NCBI GenBank assembly: GCA_903893855.1
Contig: CAITNV010000008.1
Span: 1-57,753 of the forward strand
Direction: 5' to 3'
DNA: 57,753 nt
Source: Candidatus Tayloriibacteriota bacterium
GTDB lineage: Bacteria > Patescibacteriota > Minisyncoccia > Phycocordibacterales > PALSA-1337
Positions 29,401 to 40,098 of this stretch are shown piece by piece (the first letter of the stretch is position 1; every line of letters begins with the position of its first letter). The translations under genes were made by a program, and so were the position numbers. The notes beneath the pieces are model-generated. The model did not search any database, was not told the origin of the DNA, and saw only the letters and a program-made list of their open reading frames with translations.

Positions 29401-29855
29401 CTCTGGATCGTTATCGTGCGAATATCGACAAGGTTGGCATGACAATAGCGAAAGCTAAAACCATCGTACTTCCAAGTGAGAAGGCAGCCCAAGCTGAAGC
29501 GGCCGCCGCAGCCAAGCTCGCTGAAGCTACCGCTCGTGCTCTCGCAGAGGGTCGCAAGCCGCCTACCCCTCCTGTAGCACCAAAGAAGCCCTACAAACGC
29601 CCCGAAGACCCAGCAGTCGTAATCGCCGTCATCATCGATGAAGTGCGCCCCGTCATGACCAAGAACAATGAAATGATGCTCTTCATCAAAGTAACCGACT
29701 TCACCGGCACCATCGATGCGGTGGTTTTCCCTCGAACCTATCTTGAATTTAAAGGTGCTTTCGTCGCTGAACAATGCGTCGCGATAAAAGCCCGCATCAC
29801 TGAACGTCGCGGAGAGAAAAGCCTCATTATCGAACGCGTAAAGAAGCTTGCGTAA
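26406..29855 (+). CDS. dnaE: DNA polymerase III alpha subunit
   Basis: PHP HLHTHSHYS, RGSVAGS, FERFLNPER..PDIDMD, LLKFDFLG, YGFNKAH, C-terminal OB fold. Confidence 0.98.
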   Translation: MSKFIHLHTHSHYSLLNALPKVEDLVEEAKKYGMPALALTDAGNMYGTIEFYKECKKAGIKPIIGVDTYVAARSRTDMQAGIDNRRSRLILLAKDVVGYKNLIKIVTRSYLEGFYYKPRIDHELIEEYALQGVGGLIAIAPSFSSEITMAIKNHNIVKAREHIEFYKHAFNGTTGEDNFYIEITRHPEIEGHEPLMQELIKLAHETNTPIVAGHDVYYMHPDDKAARDTLMLVNTSGDTSDRGTGGATGGGGNTGMGGGSDEEEDFSFISPERAEELFKDIPEAIENTSVIADKCNLTIELGKWVFSDYKVASGLSYDDELRRLVYEGVLTRKLAPDLNHIPKEVTERAEYELKVIKDKGYAPYFLVVADLLNYAHANGILTNIRGSVAGSLVTYLSRITNVNPLEYKLPFERFLNPERPSAPDIDMDFADNRRDEMITYARGKYGNDKVAQIGTFGTMMARGAVKDVARALGYPYELGDRISKLIPMGAQGFPMTIDRALEEVPDLRAMYEKEEDVSRIINMAKKIEGCARHISVHAAGVVIAPRALTDFTPLQYDTKGEKKIITQYDMYVIEDAGLLKFDFLGIKNLSILADAVDRVKKIEGITVDIENIPLDDKKTFGMLARGETIGLFQLNGTGMTRFLVELKPTSIHDINAMVALYRPGPLESIPQYIERKYDESKITYLDPRMKDILDMSYGVITYQDDVMMIAIKLAGYSWLEADKLRKAMGKKIPKEMEEQKGKLLEGFEKHGLPKRKAMELWKLIEPFAAYGFNKAHAASYGRVAYQTSYMKANFPAIYMSAVLTADSGDVEKISEIVTECKRMGIPILPPDINESFSQFTVIKRTDKKDSETPSDNADKSTEADRIRFGLVTIKNFGQGIATAIIEERKKSGHFKSLADFLDRVRDRNLNKKSLEALIKSGALDTFGHDRGTLLGNIETLLAYNKEHENRAENQDSLFGLMSDTSSIPTLKLAEVPFATPMEKLVWEKELLGLYISGHPLDRYRANIDKVGMTIAKAKTIVLPSEKAAQAEAAAAAKLAEATARALAEGRKPPTPPVAPKKPYKRPEDPAVVIAVIIDEVRPVMTKNNEMMLFIKVTDFTGTIDAVVFPRTYLEFKGAFVAEQCVAIKARITERRGEKSLIIERVKKLA

Positions 29856-29882
29856 GGGCTCCAAAAAAGCTACTATTTCAGC

Positions 29883-31673
29883 ATGAATAATGAAAAAATC
29901 GCCCATATACGGCATTCACTTGCCCATTTATTAGCAGCTGCAGTCATGGAACTCTATCCAGAGACCTTGAACACCATTGGCCCAGCTGTTGATAATGGTT
30001 TCTATTATGATTTCGATTTTTCAAGACCGGCTGATAGCGCTATTTCTATTTCTGATAAAGAGCTCACCACGATCGAGAAGAAGATGCGAGCAATTGTTAA
30101 AGACTGGAAGAGCTTCGAACATAAGACCGTCACTGCAGATGAAGCTCGAGCAATATACAAGAACAATCCTTACAAGCTCGAACTTATCGAAGAGATCATC
30201 GCTAAAGGCGAGCTTATTACTCTCTATACGGTAGGTGCAGGGACAAAGAATGCTTTTACTGACCTTTGCCGTGGAGGACATAGCGAACATCCTGATAAAG
30301 ACCTAACTGAAGCTGGCTGGAGACTTACTCGCACAGCTGGTGCGTATTGGCGTGGTGTTGCTACAAATAAAATGCTCACTCGTATTTATGGCTTCGCTTT
30401 TGAGAATAAGCTTGCTCTCAACGACTATGACACTATGCTCTCTGAAGCCGAGAAGCGCGATCATAAGAAGCTTGGCCGCGAGCTTGATCTATTTACCTTC
30501 TCGGACCTTGTCGGTTCTGGTCTTCCACTATGGACTCCACGCGGAACAATGATGCGCAATCTCCTCGATGCATATGTCTGGGAACTTCGTGGCAAGCACG
30601 GTTATGAGAAAGTCGAGATTCCACACATTACAAAGAAGGAACTTTATGAGAAAAGCGGTCATTGGGACAAATTCAAAGACGAATTATTTAAAATCACTAC
30701 TCGTGAAGGTCATCTCTTCGCTATGAAGCCGATGAATTGCCCTCACCACACACAGATTTATGCTCGTAAGAAATGGAGCTATCGTGAACTTCCACAACGC
30801 TATGCGAACACTACGGTCTGTTATCGTGATGAACAATCAGGTGAACTTTCTGGCCTCTCACGCGTGCGCGCTTTCGCTCAGGATGATGCCCATGTATTTT
30901 GCCGACCGAGTCAGGTGAAAGAAGAACTCCTCCGTGTATGGGATATCGTGCACGCCTTTTATGGAACTTTTGGTTTCGTTTTGAAGCTCCGTCTCTCTCT
31001 TCACGACCCTCTCGAACCCGAGAAATACCTCGGTGATCCAGCTCGTTGGCTACAAACAGAAAATATCCTTCGCGAGATTGCAAAGGAGAAAGGCGCTGAC
31101 TACTTCGAAGGCATTGGCGAAGCGGCTTTCTATGGACCGAAGCTCGACTTCATGGCGAATGATTCTCTTGGCCGACAATGGCAAGTAGCTACGATCCAGC
31201 TTGATATGAATATGCCTGAGCGATTCGAACTTGAATGCACCAATGAAGAAGGTACTTCAGAACGTATCGTTATGATTCATGCTGCTATTATGGGCTCTAT
31301 TGAGCGCTTCTTCTCTATTCTTATCGAACACTATGGAGGTAATTTCCCTCTCTGGCTCGCTCCTGAACAAGTAGTCATCATTCCTGTGGGCGCAGGCGAC
31401 AATGCCGACCGTCACCATAAAGAAGCCGCACTCCTCTACGAGCACCTTCATGGACTTGGTATCCGTGTTCGTGTCGACTTGTCTGACGCAGGCTTCGGCA
31501 AAAAGATTCGCACAGCTAAGACTTCTCGAGCGCCGTATTTCGTTATCATCGGAGACAAAGATCTCGAAGCTGGCAAGATCACTCTCGAGTCTCGTGACCA
31601 TGGTCAAGTGGGCCAAATATCAAAAGACGAGCTCGTCGCTCGCCTTTTGAAAGAAACTGTAGAGAAAAAATAG
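29883..31673 (+). CDS. thrS: Threonine--tRNA ligase (no N-terminal TGS domain)
   Basis: RHSLAH, DLCRGGH, RDHKKLG, KPMNCPHH, AAFYGPKLD, MIHAAIMGSIERF. Confidence 0.98.
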   Translation: MNNEKIAHIRHSLAHLLAAAVMELYPETLNTIGPAVDNGFYYDFDFSRPADSAISISDKELTTIEKKMRAIVKDWKSFEHKTVTADEARAIYKNNPYKLELIEEIIAKGELITLYTVGAGTKNAFTDLCRGGHSEHPDKDLTEAGWRLTRTAGAYWRGVATNKMLTRIYGFAFENKLALNDYDTMLSEAEKRDHKKLGRELDLFTFSDLVGSGLPLWTPRGTMMRNLLDAYVWELRGKHGYEKVEIPHITKKELYEKSGHWDKFKDELFKITTREGHLFAMKPMNCPHHTQIYARKKWSYRELPQRYANTTVCYRDEQSGELSGLSRVRAFAQDDAHVFCRPSQVKEELLRVWDIVHAFYGTFGFVLKLRLSLHDPLEPEKYLGDPARWLQTENILREIAKEKGADYFEGIGEAAFYGPKLDFMANDSLGRQWQVATIQLDMNMPERFELECTNEEGTSERIVMIHAAIMGSIERFFSILIEHYGGNFPLWLAPEQVVIIPVGAGDNADRHHKEAALLYEHLHGLGIRVRVDLSDAGFGKKIRTAKTSRAPYFVIIGDKDLEAGKITLESRDHGQVGQISKDELVARLLKETVEKK

Positions 31674-31710
31674 CTGCTATTTATTTCTCATTTTCTCACC
31701 TCTACTTCTA

Positions 31711-32868
31711 TTAAATCTTACTTTTGTTAAAGAGTAGATAGAGTACCGTTGCCGCAAGGACAAGGATGATGAGGAGCGCTACCCAACCCCAAGGAATATT
31801 CGCAAGTGAGAAGAGAGCGTTCGCAGTCTGGCTATTAGTTGATGAAGTCTTAGCAATTCCGGTCGACGAAGTATTTCGTCCAAGCGTATTGTTAAGTGAT
31901 TGTCCTGCTGGGACTACATTGACTGCACTACCGCAAGCTGCTGTAGCTGAAGCACCTCCAGAGGTTACTGTCACGCTAGCATTCTTCGAACCTGTAGACG
32001 TATAGCTTGTGGCAATTGATGTCTGAGATCCAGTAAGACCATCACTACCTGTCCATGAGTATGCGTATTGACCATTACCGCCAGTACTTTCTACTGACCA
32101 TGTAACTGGAGTACCTACATTAACTGTTCGAGCATCCGCAGCACACGCTACGATAAGACCGCCTGAATTTGTAGTATTCTGATAATTGGTATTTGAAGTG
32201 TTTGTATACTGCTGATTGTTGTACTGTTGTGTTGCGTATCCACCAGTCACGTTAATAGAATTAGTACAGCCCTGTGTTATTGTCTGACCATTTGAGTAGA
32301 CTGTTAGTGACGCGTATTTTTGTCCGGGTGTATTGTATGACGCTACGAGTGATGAGTTGGAACCATAAACCTGATCGGTACCACTCCACTGATATGTATA
32401 TGAACCTGTACCACCTGAGACATTGGCATTCCAATACACTGTAGTACCTACAGTTGTGTATGAAGTATTCGCTGTACAAGTCACACTGAGCGGACTGTAG
32501 CTATTCTGATAATTGTAATTATACGGAACAGTGTTGTAATTGTTCTGATAATAGGTAGGCTGCTGATACACAGGCTGGTACACGGGATAGGTAGTTGGAG
32601 GAACATAGTATACCGGTGTAGGCGCTGGTGCAGATGGGTGATACGGCTCTTGATAGTATGATGGTCGGTACGAAAAAGCCGGTGCAGATGGGTAATAATC
32701 ATAGTCATGATCTCGATCGTGACTACCCCCGTAATTGTAGTTATTATAAGAACCGCCGGCAAAAGCCACAGAAGGCGTAGCCACGGTCACGACTGCAGCA
32801 AGCATGAAAACAAGCCCGCACAGCGCAGTAAATGCTATTTTAGCCTTATTTTGTATAGTATATATCAT
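31711..32868 (-). CDS. Exported, C-terminally membrane-anchored protein with a Tyr/Pro/Gln/Asn-rich region and two PKD-like Ig repeats
   Basis: Signal peptide ending VAFA; two repeats C.A....VGT.V.W....GG.G.Y.Y.W.G.D...Y...G.K.AS.TV; C-terminal TM plus KSK. Start uncertain (32868 or 32907). Confidence 0.75.
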   Translation of the reverse strand: MIYTIQNKAKIAFTALCGLVFMLAAVVTVATPSVAFAGGSYNNYNYGGSHDRDHDYDYYPSAPAFSYRPSYYQEPYHPSAPAPTPVYYVPPTTYPVYQPVYQQPTYYQNNYNTVPYNYNYQNSYSPLSVTCTANTSYTTVGTTVYWNANVSGGTGSYTYQWSGTDQVYGSNSSLVASYNTPGQKYASLTVYSNGQTITQGCTNSINVTGGYATQQYNNQQYTNTSNTNYQNTTNSGGLIVACAADARTVNVGTPVTWSVESTGGNGQYAYSWTGSDGLTGSQTSIATSYTSTGSKNASVTVTSGGASATAACGSAVNVVPAGQSLNNTLGRNTSSTGIAKTSSTNSQTANALFSLANIPWGWVALLIILVLAATVLYLLFNKSKI

Positions 32869-32915
32869 ATGGTTTTTGGGCAGTGCCTTAATTGACACAC
32901 GCTTCAATACCCAAC

Positions 32916-32944
32916 ATTGTATACTATATTGATATAAAAGTCAA
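32916..32944 (-). promoter_or_regulatory. Sigma-70 promoter
   Basis: TTGACT-17 nt-TACAAT. Confidence 0.75.
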
Positions 32945-32983
32945 GCTCTATGATAAACCGCCAAAATAGCTCGTTTTTGGCAT

Positions 32984-33013
32984 AAAAAAAAGACGCGTAA
33001 ATTAATACGCGTC
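32984..33013 (-). terminator. Intrinsic terminator
   Basis: GACGCGTA / TACGCGTC stem followed by 8 T on the minus strand. Confidence 0.8.
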
Positions 33014-33020
33014 GTTGAGT

Positions 33021-34247
33021 TCAAACATCTAGTTGCCCGAGCTGAGCTCGAACTGCAGCGAGAAGTTTGAGTCTTTCCGCCAATTTTGGATTATTAACTT
33101 GTGCCCTCAAACCTTCAACCCTGGCTCTGCAGTCGGTGATCAGTTGTTGCTGCCCTTGTGCTTCAATGTGCAACAAAGCAACTGCAGCTTCCAACTCTCT
33201 GATCTGACGTTCCTTGCTCTCGATCTCAGCAGTTATTGCATCATAGCTTCCTGATCCTTCGAGCGTAGCCAGCTCAGCTTCCGCCGCAGCGAACCGAGTT
33301 TTGAGTGAGCTATAACTTGAACCAATTTTTAACAGTTCCCCAACAACCGCAGCGTAGTCTGGTTCGTCAGGCTCTGACACCGATTTAGATGCCACACCGG
33401 CTTCGGCAGTTTTCTTTGTGCCTTTTCTGTAGGTCCACGCATGGTCGGTTTTTTCGGCATACTCCAAAGCTTCCGCAGTAAGTGAATACAGCGCAGGCCT
33501 TTGATCTGGGTTAACACGCGACACAAGCCCTTGGTGTAGGAACGTCTTCATCAAGACCATGGGGAGTGCGGTACCAACTGGGACACCTTCCTCTACGAGC
33601 GTTTTCCCAAATGAATTGAGGTCGAATGTCGTAGCAGGATCTGTTCCGAACTTCAGAACTAAGGCAATTGTTCCTTTGTGGAGGTTCCTGGGATCCAACA
33701 GATTCCCTTGCTGCGAAGGTGCTTCATCAGCGTCATTCGGAGGTGGGTCTTGTTCGCCAGCTTCTTCATTGCCCTTGCCCTCAGGGTCTACCTCTTCACC
33801 ACCTGATGCTGCAGACCCTTTGTCAAGGTCGGGACTAACTAAACCCTTAGCGGTGGCAGAGCGATCGGCCCTTCTCTTGCTTTTCTCATACTCTGCAAGG
33901 AAAAAGAATGTGCCATCATTTCTTTTCCGGAGATCATTAAACAGGTCAACAGCTGGGACACTCTTATTACTGCCCGGTAACTTATGATAGACATGTAATC
34001 CCACAGCATTGCTATTGTCGTAATTGAGCACCAGTCTTACCCAATGATGCTCATGCTTCTGGATTTTTATACCAGGTTTATTGAGCTCAAAAAGCCGTCC
34101 AGAATCCCAGACTGTTACCTCGAACTCATCGGCAGGTCCATACCCGCACTTTTCAAAAAATGGCTCGAGGACATGATTCATTTCTGGAATGGTTGGAGCC
34201 CCCTTAACTTGATGAGGACCCTGCGTTCGCGAATTGTGTGTAATCAA
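33021..34247 (-). CDS. Hypothetical protein with a central winged-helix-like segment and C-terminal coiled coil
   Basis: FLHQGLVSRV..ALYSLTAEA resembles a wHTH recognition helix and wing; acidic linker; heptad-rich C-terminus; TTG start with AAGGA 6 nt upstream. Confidence 0.65.
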   Translation of the reverse strand: MITHNSRTQGPHQVKGAPTIPEMNHVLEPFFEKCGYGPADEFEVTVWDSGRLFELNKPGIKIQKHEHHWVRLVLNYDNSNAVGLHVYHKLPGSNKSVPAVDLFNDLRKRNDGTFFFLAEYEKSKRRADRSATAKGLVSPDLDKGSAASGGEEVDPEGKGNEEAGEQDPPPNDADEAPSQQGNLLDPRNLHKGTIALVLKFGTDPATTFDLNSFGKTLVEEGVPVGTALPMVLMKTFLHQGLVSRVNPDQRPALYSLTAEALEYAEKTDHAWTYRKGTKKTAEAGVASKSVSEPDEPDYAAVVGELLKIGSSYSSLKTRFAAAEAELATLEGSGSYDAITAEIESKERQIRELEAAVALLHIEAQGQQQLITDCRARVEGLRAQVNNPKLAERLKLLAAVRAQLGQLDV

Positions 34248-34305
34248 TTTTATTCCTTTGTTTTATATTGTTATTTTGTTGTTAACGATCAAAAGATCAA
34301 CACAA

Positions 34306-34334
34306 AAGGTACTGTATTTATAACAAAAAGTCAA
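34306..34334 (-). promoter_or_regulatory. Sigma-70 promoter
   Basis: TTGACT-17 nt-TACCTT. Confidence 0.6.
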
Positions 34335-34389
34335 GGGAAGCTAAGGTTTAGCTACCCCCTTTCTTTTGACCAATAAACCCACTCTCTAC

Positions 34390-36588
<2,199 letters not shown>

Positions 36589-36686
36589 CTACAAAGGTTT
36601 TTGACCCTAGAATTATATCAAATTTCAATAGTCACTGCACCTTGACTTATATTCAAATTATATAGTCTAATTTACAGCGTAACGAA

Positions 36687-38666
36687 TTATCGCACTTGCC
36701 AACCCCGTCCGGCGATCTTTGAATTTATCTTATCCATTACAGAATTGATCTCGATATCAGTAAGCGTGCGCTCCATTGATTGGAACACGAGACGGAAAGC
36801 GTATGAAGTCTTGGTGTCTTTTTTAAATGTATCGAAGAGTGACTGTCGAGCAAGCAATTTATCTGCTCCAGCTTCAAAAATCCCCTTCTCTATCTCGGTC
36901 CAGACTTCGTCTTGTGAGATAGCTCCATCAACAAAAACCGCAATATCTCGAACGATAAAAGGATACAGCGAGAACTGCCGGTAACTAACAGGCATAGCCT
37001 TAGGTGCAGGAACAGCGATCTTCGTAATCGAGCCATTCGCAACGAGCGCTTCAACAATGTGATCAAGTTCGATTTCGCACACAGCAAGAGGGCCGGTTGA
37101 AAGCAACGTTTTAATTGGGAAATCAATACCAAAAGCGCTCTTCAATTTCTCAACAGCCTCATTGATGCGAGACTTTCCATCAATTCCCTTTACTTTCTTC
37201 ACTTGCGTCGCACCAATAGCAAGCACGAGTGATTCAGTAAAAGTCCCTAGAGATCCAGCGGATCCACCCGCACCAACTTTTTTAAATGTCTTACCAATCT
37301 CGAAAACCGTCACTGCTTCAACACCAAGAAGCTCGGCATTGTGAGCATTCATTTCGAGACATTTACTAACGCCGGGAGCAAGCGTCGTCCGAAGTGCGGA
37401 TTTATCAGATGCCAGAGGGTATGCCACTTCGATATCACCCTTCGCCGCGAGAGTATAAAGATACACCTCAGAAAATCCTGCACCAACGAGTACATTGCGA
37501 ATATTTTCCACGACGGTGAATACGGGATTAAGAGCCGGAGCTTTCGCAAATGCTGGAGGTACTTGGCCGACTACATGTTCGTATCCATAGATACGACCAA
37601 CTTCTTCAGCTACATCCTCAGGAATAACCACATCAAGTCGATCATAAGGAATGGTTAATTGCCAGCTATCTTTCGAATTCACCACAACGTCGATGCCGAA
37701 ACGATTTAAAATATCCTTCACCGTCGCTTCAGAAATAACTACACCCAAACGCTCACCAACATAATCAGGTCGAAAATCAATCACTCTCATACTAACTGGC
37801 TTAGGGTACATGTCGACAATAGGACTAAAAACCGCCTGTGGAGTGATAGTTTGCAGACATGCAGAAAGAGCAACCATTCCTCGCAAAGCCAGTTCTGGTG
37901 TGATCTCATTCTCGAAACGCTTCGAAGCTTCATTGCGAAGATTCAATCGAGTCGATGTTCGACGGACGAAAGTGGGGTCAAAATTAGCAGAAGTAAGAAG
38001 GACATTCTTAGTCGTCGCTGACACTTCTGCTCGCTTTCCACCCTTCACTCCAGCGATATCGAGAGGCCCCGTCGCATCAGCAATAACATGATCCTCAGCG
38101 GTGAGTATATACTCTTTACCATCGAGAAGTGTAATCTTCTCTCCAGTGACTGCTTTACGAACTACGATATCCCCTTCGATCTTATCCGCATCGAAAGCAT
38201 GAAGAGGTTGACCCATATCGAACATCACGACATTTGTCGCATCGACAATAGGGCTAATACTTCGTGAACCGACATCAGTGAGGAATTTCGTTGCCCACTT
38301 TGGGGTTCTCGTTGTTGCAATATTTTCAACATATCGCGCAGTAAAGCGTCGACAGAAATCATTTGCAATAACAGTAACCTTCGGCATACGTGTTCCCGTA
38401 ACAGGAACACTGAGAGCGAAATTCACACCATAACGTAGCTCACTTTCCGCTTTACATGGAATACCGAGCAGAACCGAAGCTTCAAGAGCAATGCCCTTTT
38501 GCGACAAACAATAGTGCGCTCGATCAGGAAGAATTTTGACATCTATCACATCGCCTTCTATTCCTTCAATTTCAAAAGAATGAAATGTGAAAGCGTCCGC
38601 CAATTTTTCAATTGATGGCAATGGAGTCTCAAAATAACTTTGTAGCCATGTATACGGAACTTTCAT
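36687..38666 (-). CDS. pheT: Phenylalanine--tRNA ligase beta subunit (short; B2 OB domain apparently absent)
   Basis: KILPDRAHYCLS..GIA.E, GQPLHAFD, EASKRFE, DVAEEVGRIYGY, RDIAV..TLTD.EI. Confidence 0.95.
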   Translation of the reverse strand: MKVPYTWLQSYFETPLPSIEKLADAFTFHSFEIEGIEGDVIDVKILPDRAHYCLSQKGIALEASVLLGIPCKAESELRYGVNFALSVPVTGTRMPKVTVIANDFCRRFTARYVENIATTRTPKWATKFLTDVGSRSISPIVDATNVVMFDMGQPLHAFDADKIEGDIVVRKAVTGEKITLLDGKEYILTAEDHVIADATGPLDIAGVKGGKRAEVSATTKNVLLTSANFDPTFVRRTSTRLNLRNEASKRFENEITPELALRGMVALSACLQTITPQAVFSPIVDMYPKPVSMRVIDFRPDYVGERLGVVISEATVKDILNRFGIDVVVNSKDSWQLTIPYDRLDVVIPEDVAEEVGRIYGYEHVVGQVPPAFAKAPALNPVFTVVENIRNVLVGAGFSEVYLYTLAAKGDIEVAYPLASDKSALRTTLAPGVSKCLEMNAHNAELLGVEAVTVFEIGKTFKKVGAGGSAGSLGTFTESLVLAIGATQVKKVKGIDGKSRINEAVEKLKSAFGIDFPIKTLLSTGPLAVCEIELDHIVEALVANGSITKIAVPAPKAMPVSYRQFSLYPFIVRDIAVFVDGAISQDEVWTEIEKGIFEAGADKLLARQSLFDTFKKDTKTSYAFRLVFQSMERTLTDIEINSVMDKINSKIAGRGWQVR

Positions 38667-38671
38667 GAACT

Positions 38672-39115
38672 TTATTTCTTAAAGCTTGCGATATCGTCTG
38701 CATCGAGGAAGTCGAAAAGGGTTGCATCTTTTGCAAGACCGACTTTAGCATTCTCTCCTTCAAGCCAAGCCTTCTTCTCTGGCTGACCTGAATAATTATT
38801 CGCAATGACACTCGCTGTCCAAGCTGAAACTTCCTCTGGAGTCTTTGTGGTGCCATGTGAGACGACCCAACCAAGAATCTCTTCATCAGTATGTCCTTCT
38901 GCTACATAGGCTTTGAATTCCTCTGCAACGATATTCTTAAAACCAAAAAACTGCTTATCAAGTGGACAATCGAAATGGTATTCTCCAATAGTTCCAGCAA
39001 TCGATGCACGGCACTTATCAATAGTTCGTAAGAGGATAGCGTACCCTCCCGCAGTAAGCTTCGGGCTTCGCGGTGCTACTTTCGTAAGATCTTTAGCTGT
39101 TGTATCTGGTGTCAT
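38672..39115 (-). CDS. DUF5069-like protein
   Basis: DLT..APRSP...GGYAIL.RTIDKCRA..AGTIGEYHFDCPLD..FF.F..I, recognised from memory. Confidence 0.7.
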   Translation of the reverse strand: MTPDTTAKDLTKVAPRSPKLTAGGYAILLRTIDKCRASIAGTIGEYHFDCPLDKQFFGFKNIVAEEFKAYVAEGHTDEEILGWVVSHGTTKTPEEVSAWTASVIANNYSGQPEKKAWLEGENAKVGLAKDATLFDFLDADDIASFKK

Positions 39116-39183
39116 GTTTTTATAAATTATTAACTGATGAATAATTACTATTGTATGTAGTACTGCTACGCTTCATATATATT

Positions 39184-39960
39184 TCAAAACTGATTCACGA
39201 AACGAAGATCTCCATTATACAGGAGTCGGATATCATTGATACCGTACTTAAGCATCACAATTCGATCGATACCGAAAGCAAAAGCAAAACCTTGCCATTC
39301 ATTCGAATCGATCCCTACTGAAGCGAAAACATTTGGATGCACAAGTCCAGCACCTAAGACTTCAAGCCAACGTGGATCCTCTCCCTCCTTAACCCATTTT
39401 ACATCCACCTCTACTGCCGGTTCAACGAACGGAAAGTAACTGGGTCGGAAACGAATCTCGCTCTTCTCGCCGAAAATCTTTTTAAAAACTTTCTCAAGAG
39501 TTCCTTTTAGTTCAGCGAGCGACACTTTCTTGTCGACGAAAAGTCCTTCAAGCTGATAGAACTGCGCTTCATGTGTAGCGTCGGTCGCTTCATTTCGAAA
39601 CACTCTCCCTGGTGCCACAATACGAAATGGAGGCTTAAGCCCAGCCTTTATTTTCTCTTCCATATAACGAATCTGTATTGCTGAAGTCTGTGTCGTAAGA
39701 AGTCTTCGGCCTTTTGAGTCCACCGCGTCTTTCGTGGCTTTGTCATGTCCGCCTGTTTTATCAGCCTTGATCCAAAACGTATCCTGCATATCGCGCGAAG
39801 GGTGATCTTTTGGAACGTTGAGCGCATCGAAATTGTAAAATTCACTTTCAAGCTCGGGACCGAGCGCTACCTCATAGCCTAATTCAGCCAAAATGCCGCT
39901 TATTTCACGAATTGTTTGAGTAATTGGGTGTAGATGACCTTGTGGAACTGTCTGACTCAT
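39184..39960 (-). CDS. pheS: Phenylalanine--tRNA ligase alpha subunit (no N-terminal coiled-coil arm)
   Basis: GHLHPI, NFDALN..HPSRDMQDTF, DATHEAQFYQLEG, RPSYFPFVEP, GFAFAFGIDR; only 258 aa. Confidence 0.96.
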   Translation of the reverse strand: MSQTVPQGHLHPITQTIREISGILAELGYEVALGPELESEFYNFDALNVPKDHPSRDMQDTFWIKADKTGGHDKATKDAVDSKGRRLLTTQTSAIQIRYMEEKIKAGLKPPFRIVAPGRVFRNEATDATHEAQFYQLEGLFVDKKVSLAELKGTLEKVFKKIFGEKSEIRFRPSYFPFVEPAVEVDVKWVKEGEDPRWLEVLGAGLVHPNVFASVGIDSNEWQGFAFAFGIDRIVMLKYGINDIRLLYNGDLRFVNQF

Positions 39961-39961
39961 G

Positions 39962-40034
39962 AGCCACCTCTCAGACTTGAACTGAGGACCTTCGCTTTAC
40001 AAAAGCGTTGCTCTACCAACTGAGCTAAGGTGGC
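39962..40034 (-). tRNA. tRNA-Thr (anticodon UGU), CCA not encoded
   Basis: GCCACCT TA GCTC AGTTGGTA GAGC A ACGCT TTTGTAA AGCGA AGGTC CTCAG TTCAAGT CTGAG AGGTGGC T forms a 73-nt cloverleaf. Confidence 0.95.
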
Positions 40035-40051
40035 GTATTTTTCGTTGTTAC

Positions 40052-40073
40052 CTACCAAAACAGCTAACGTGGC
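40052..40073 (-). repeat. Degenerate direct copy of the first 22 nt of tRNA-Thr
   Basis: GCCACGTTAGCTGTTTTGGTAG versus GCCACCTTAGCTCAGTTGGTAG, 18/22 identical, 17 nt upstream of the tRNA. Confidence 0.75.
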
Positions 40074-40098
40074 ATTATTCAATTATTACTTAAGACCT

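Noticed and set aside
39962..40073. Intact prophage or island integrated at tRNA-Thr
   Set aside because: Only 17 nt lie between the tRNA and its partial copy, the flanks are core genes, and there is no integrase.
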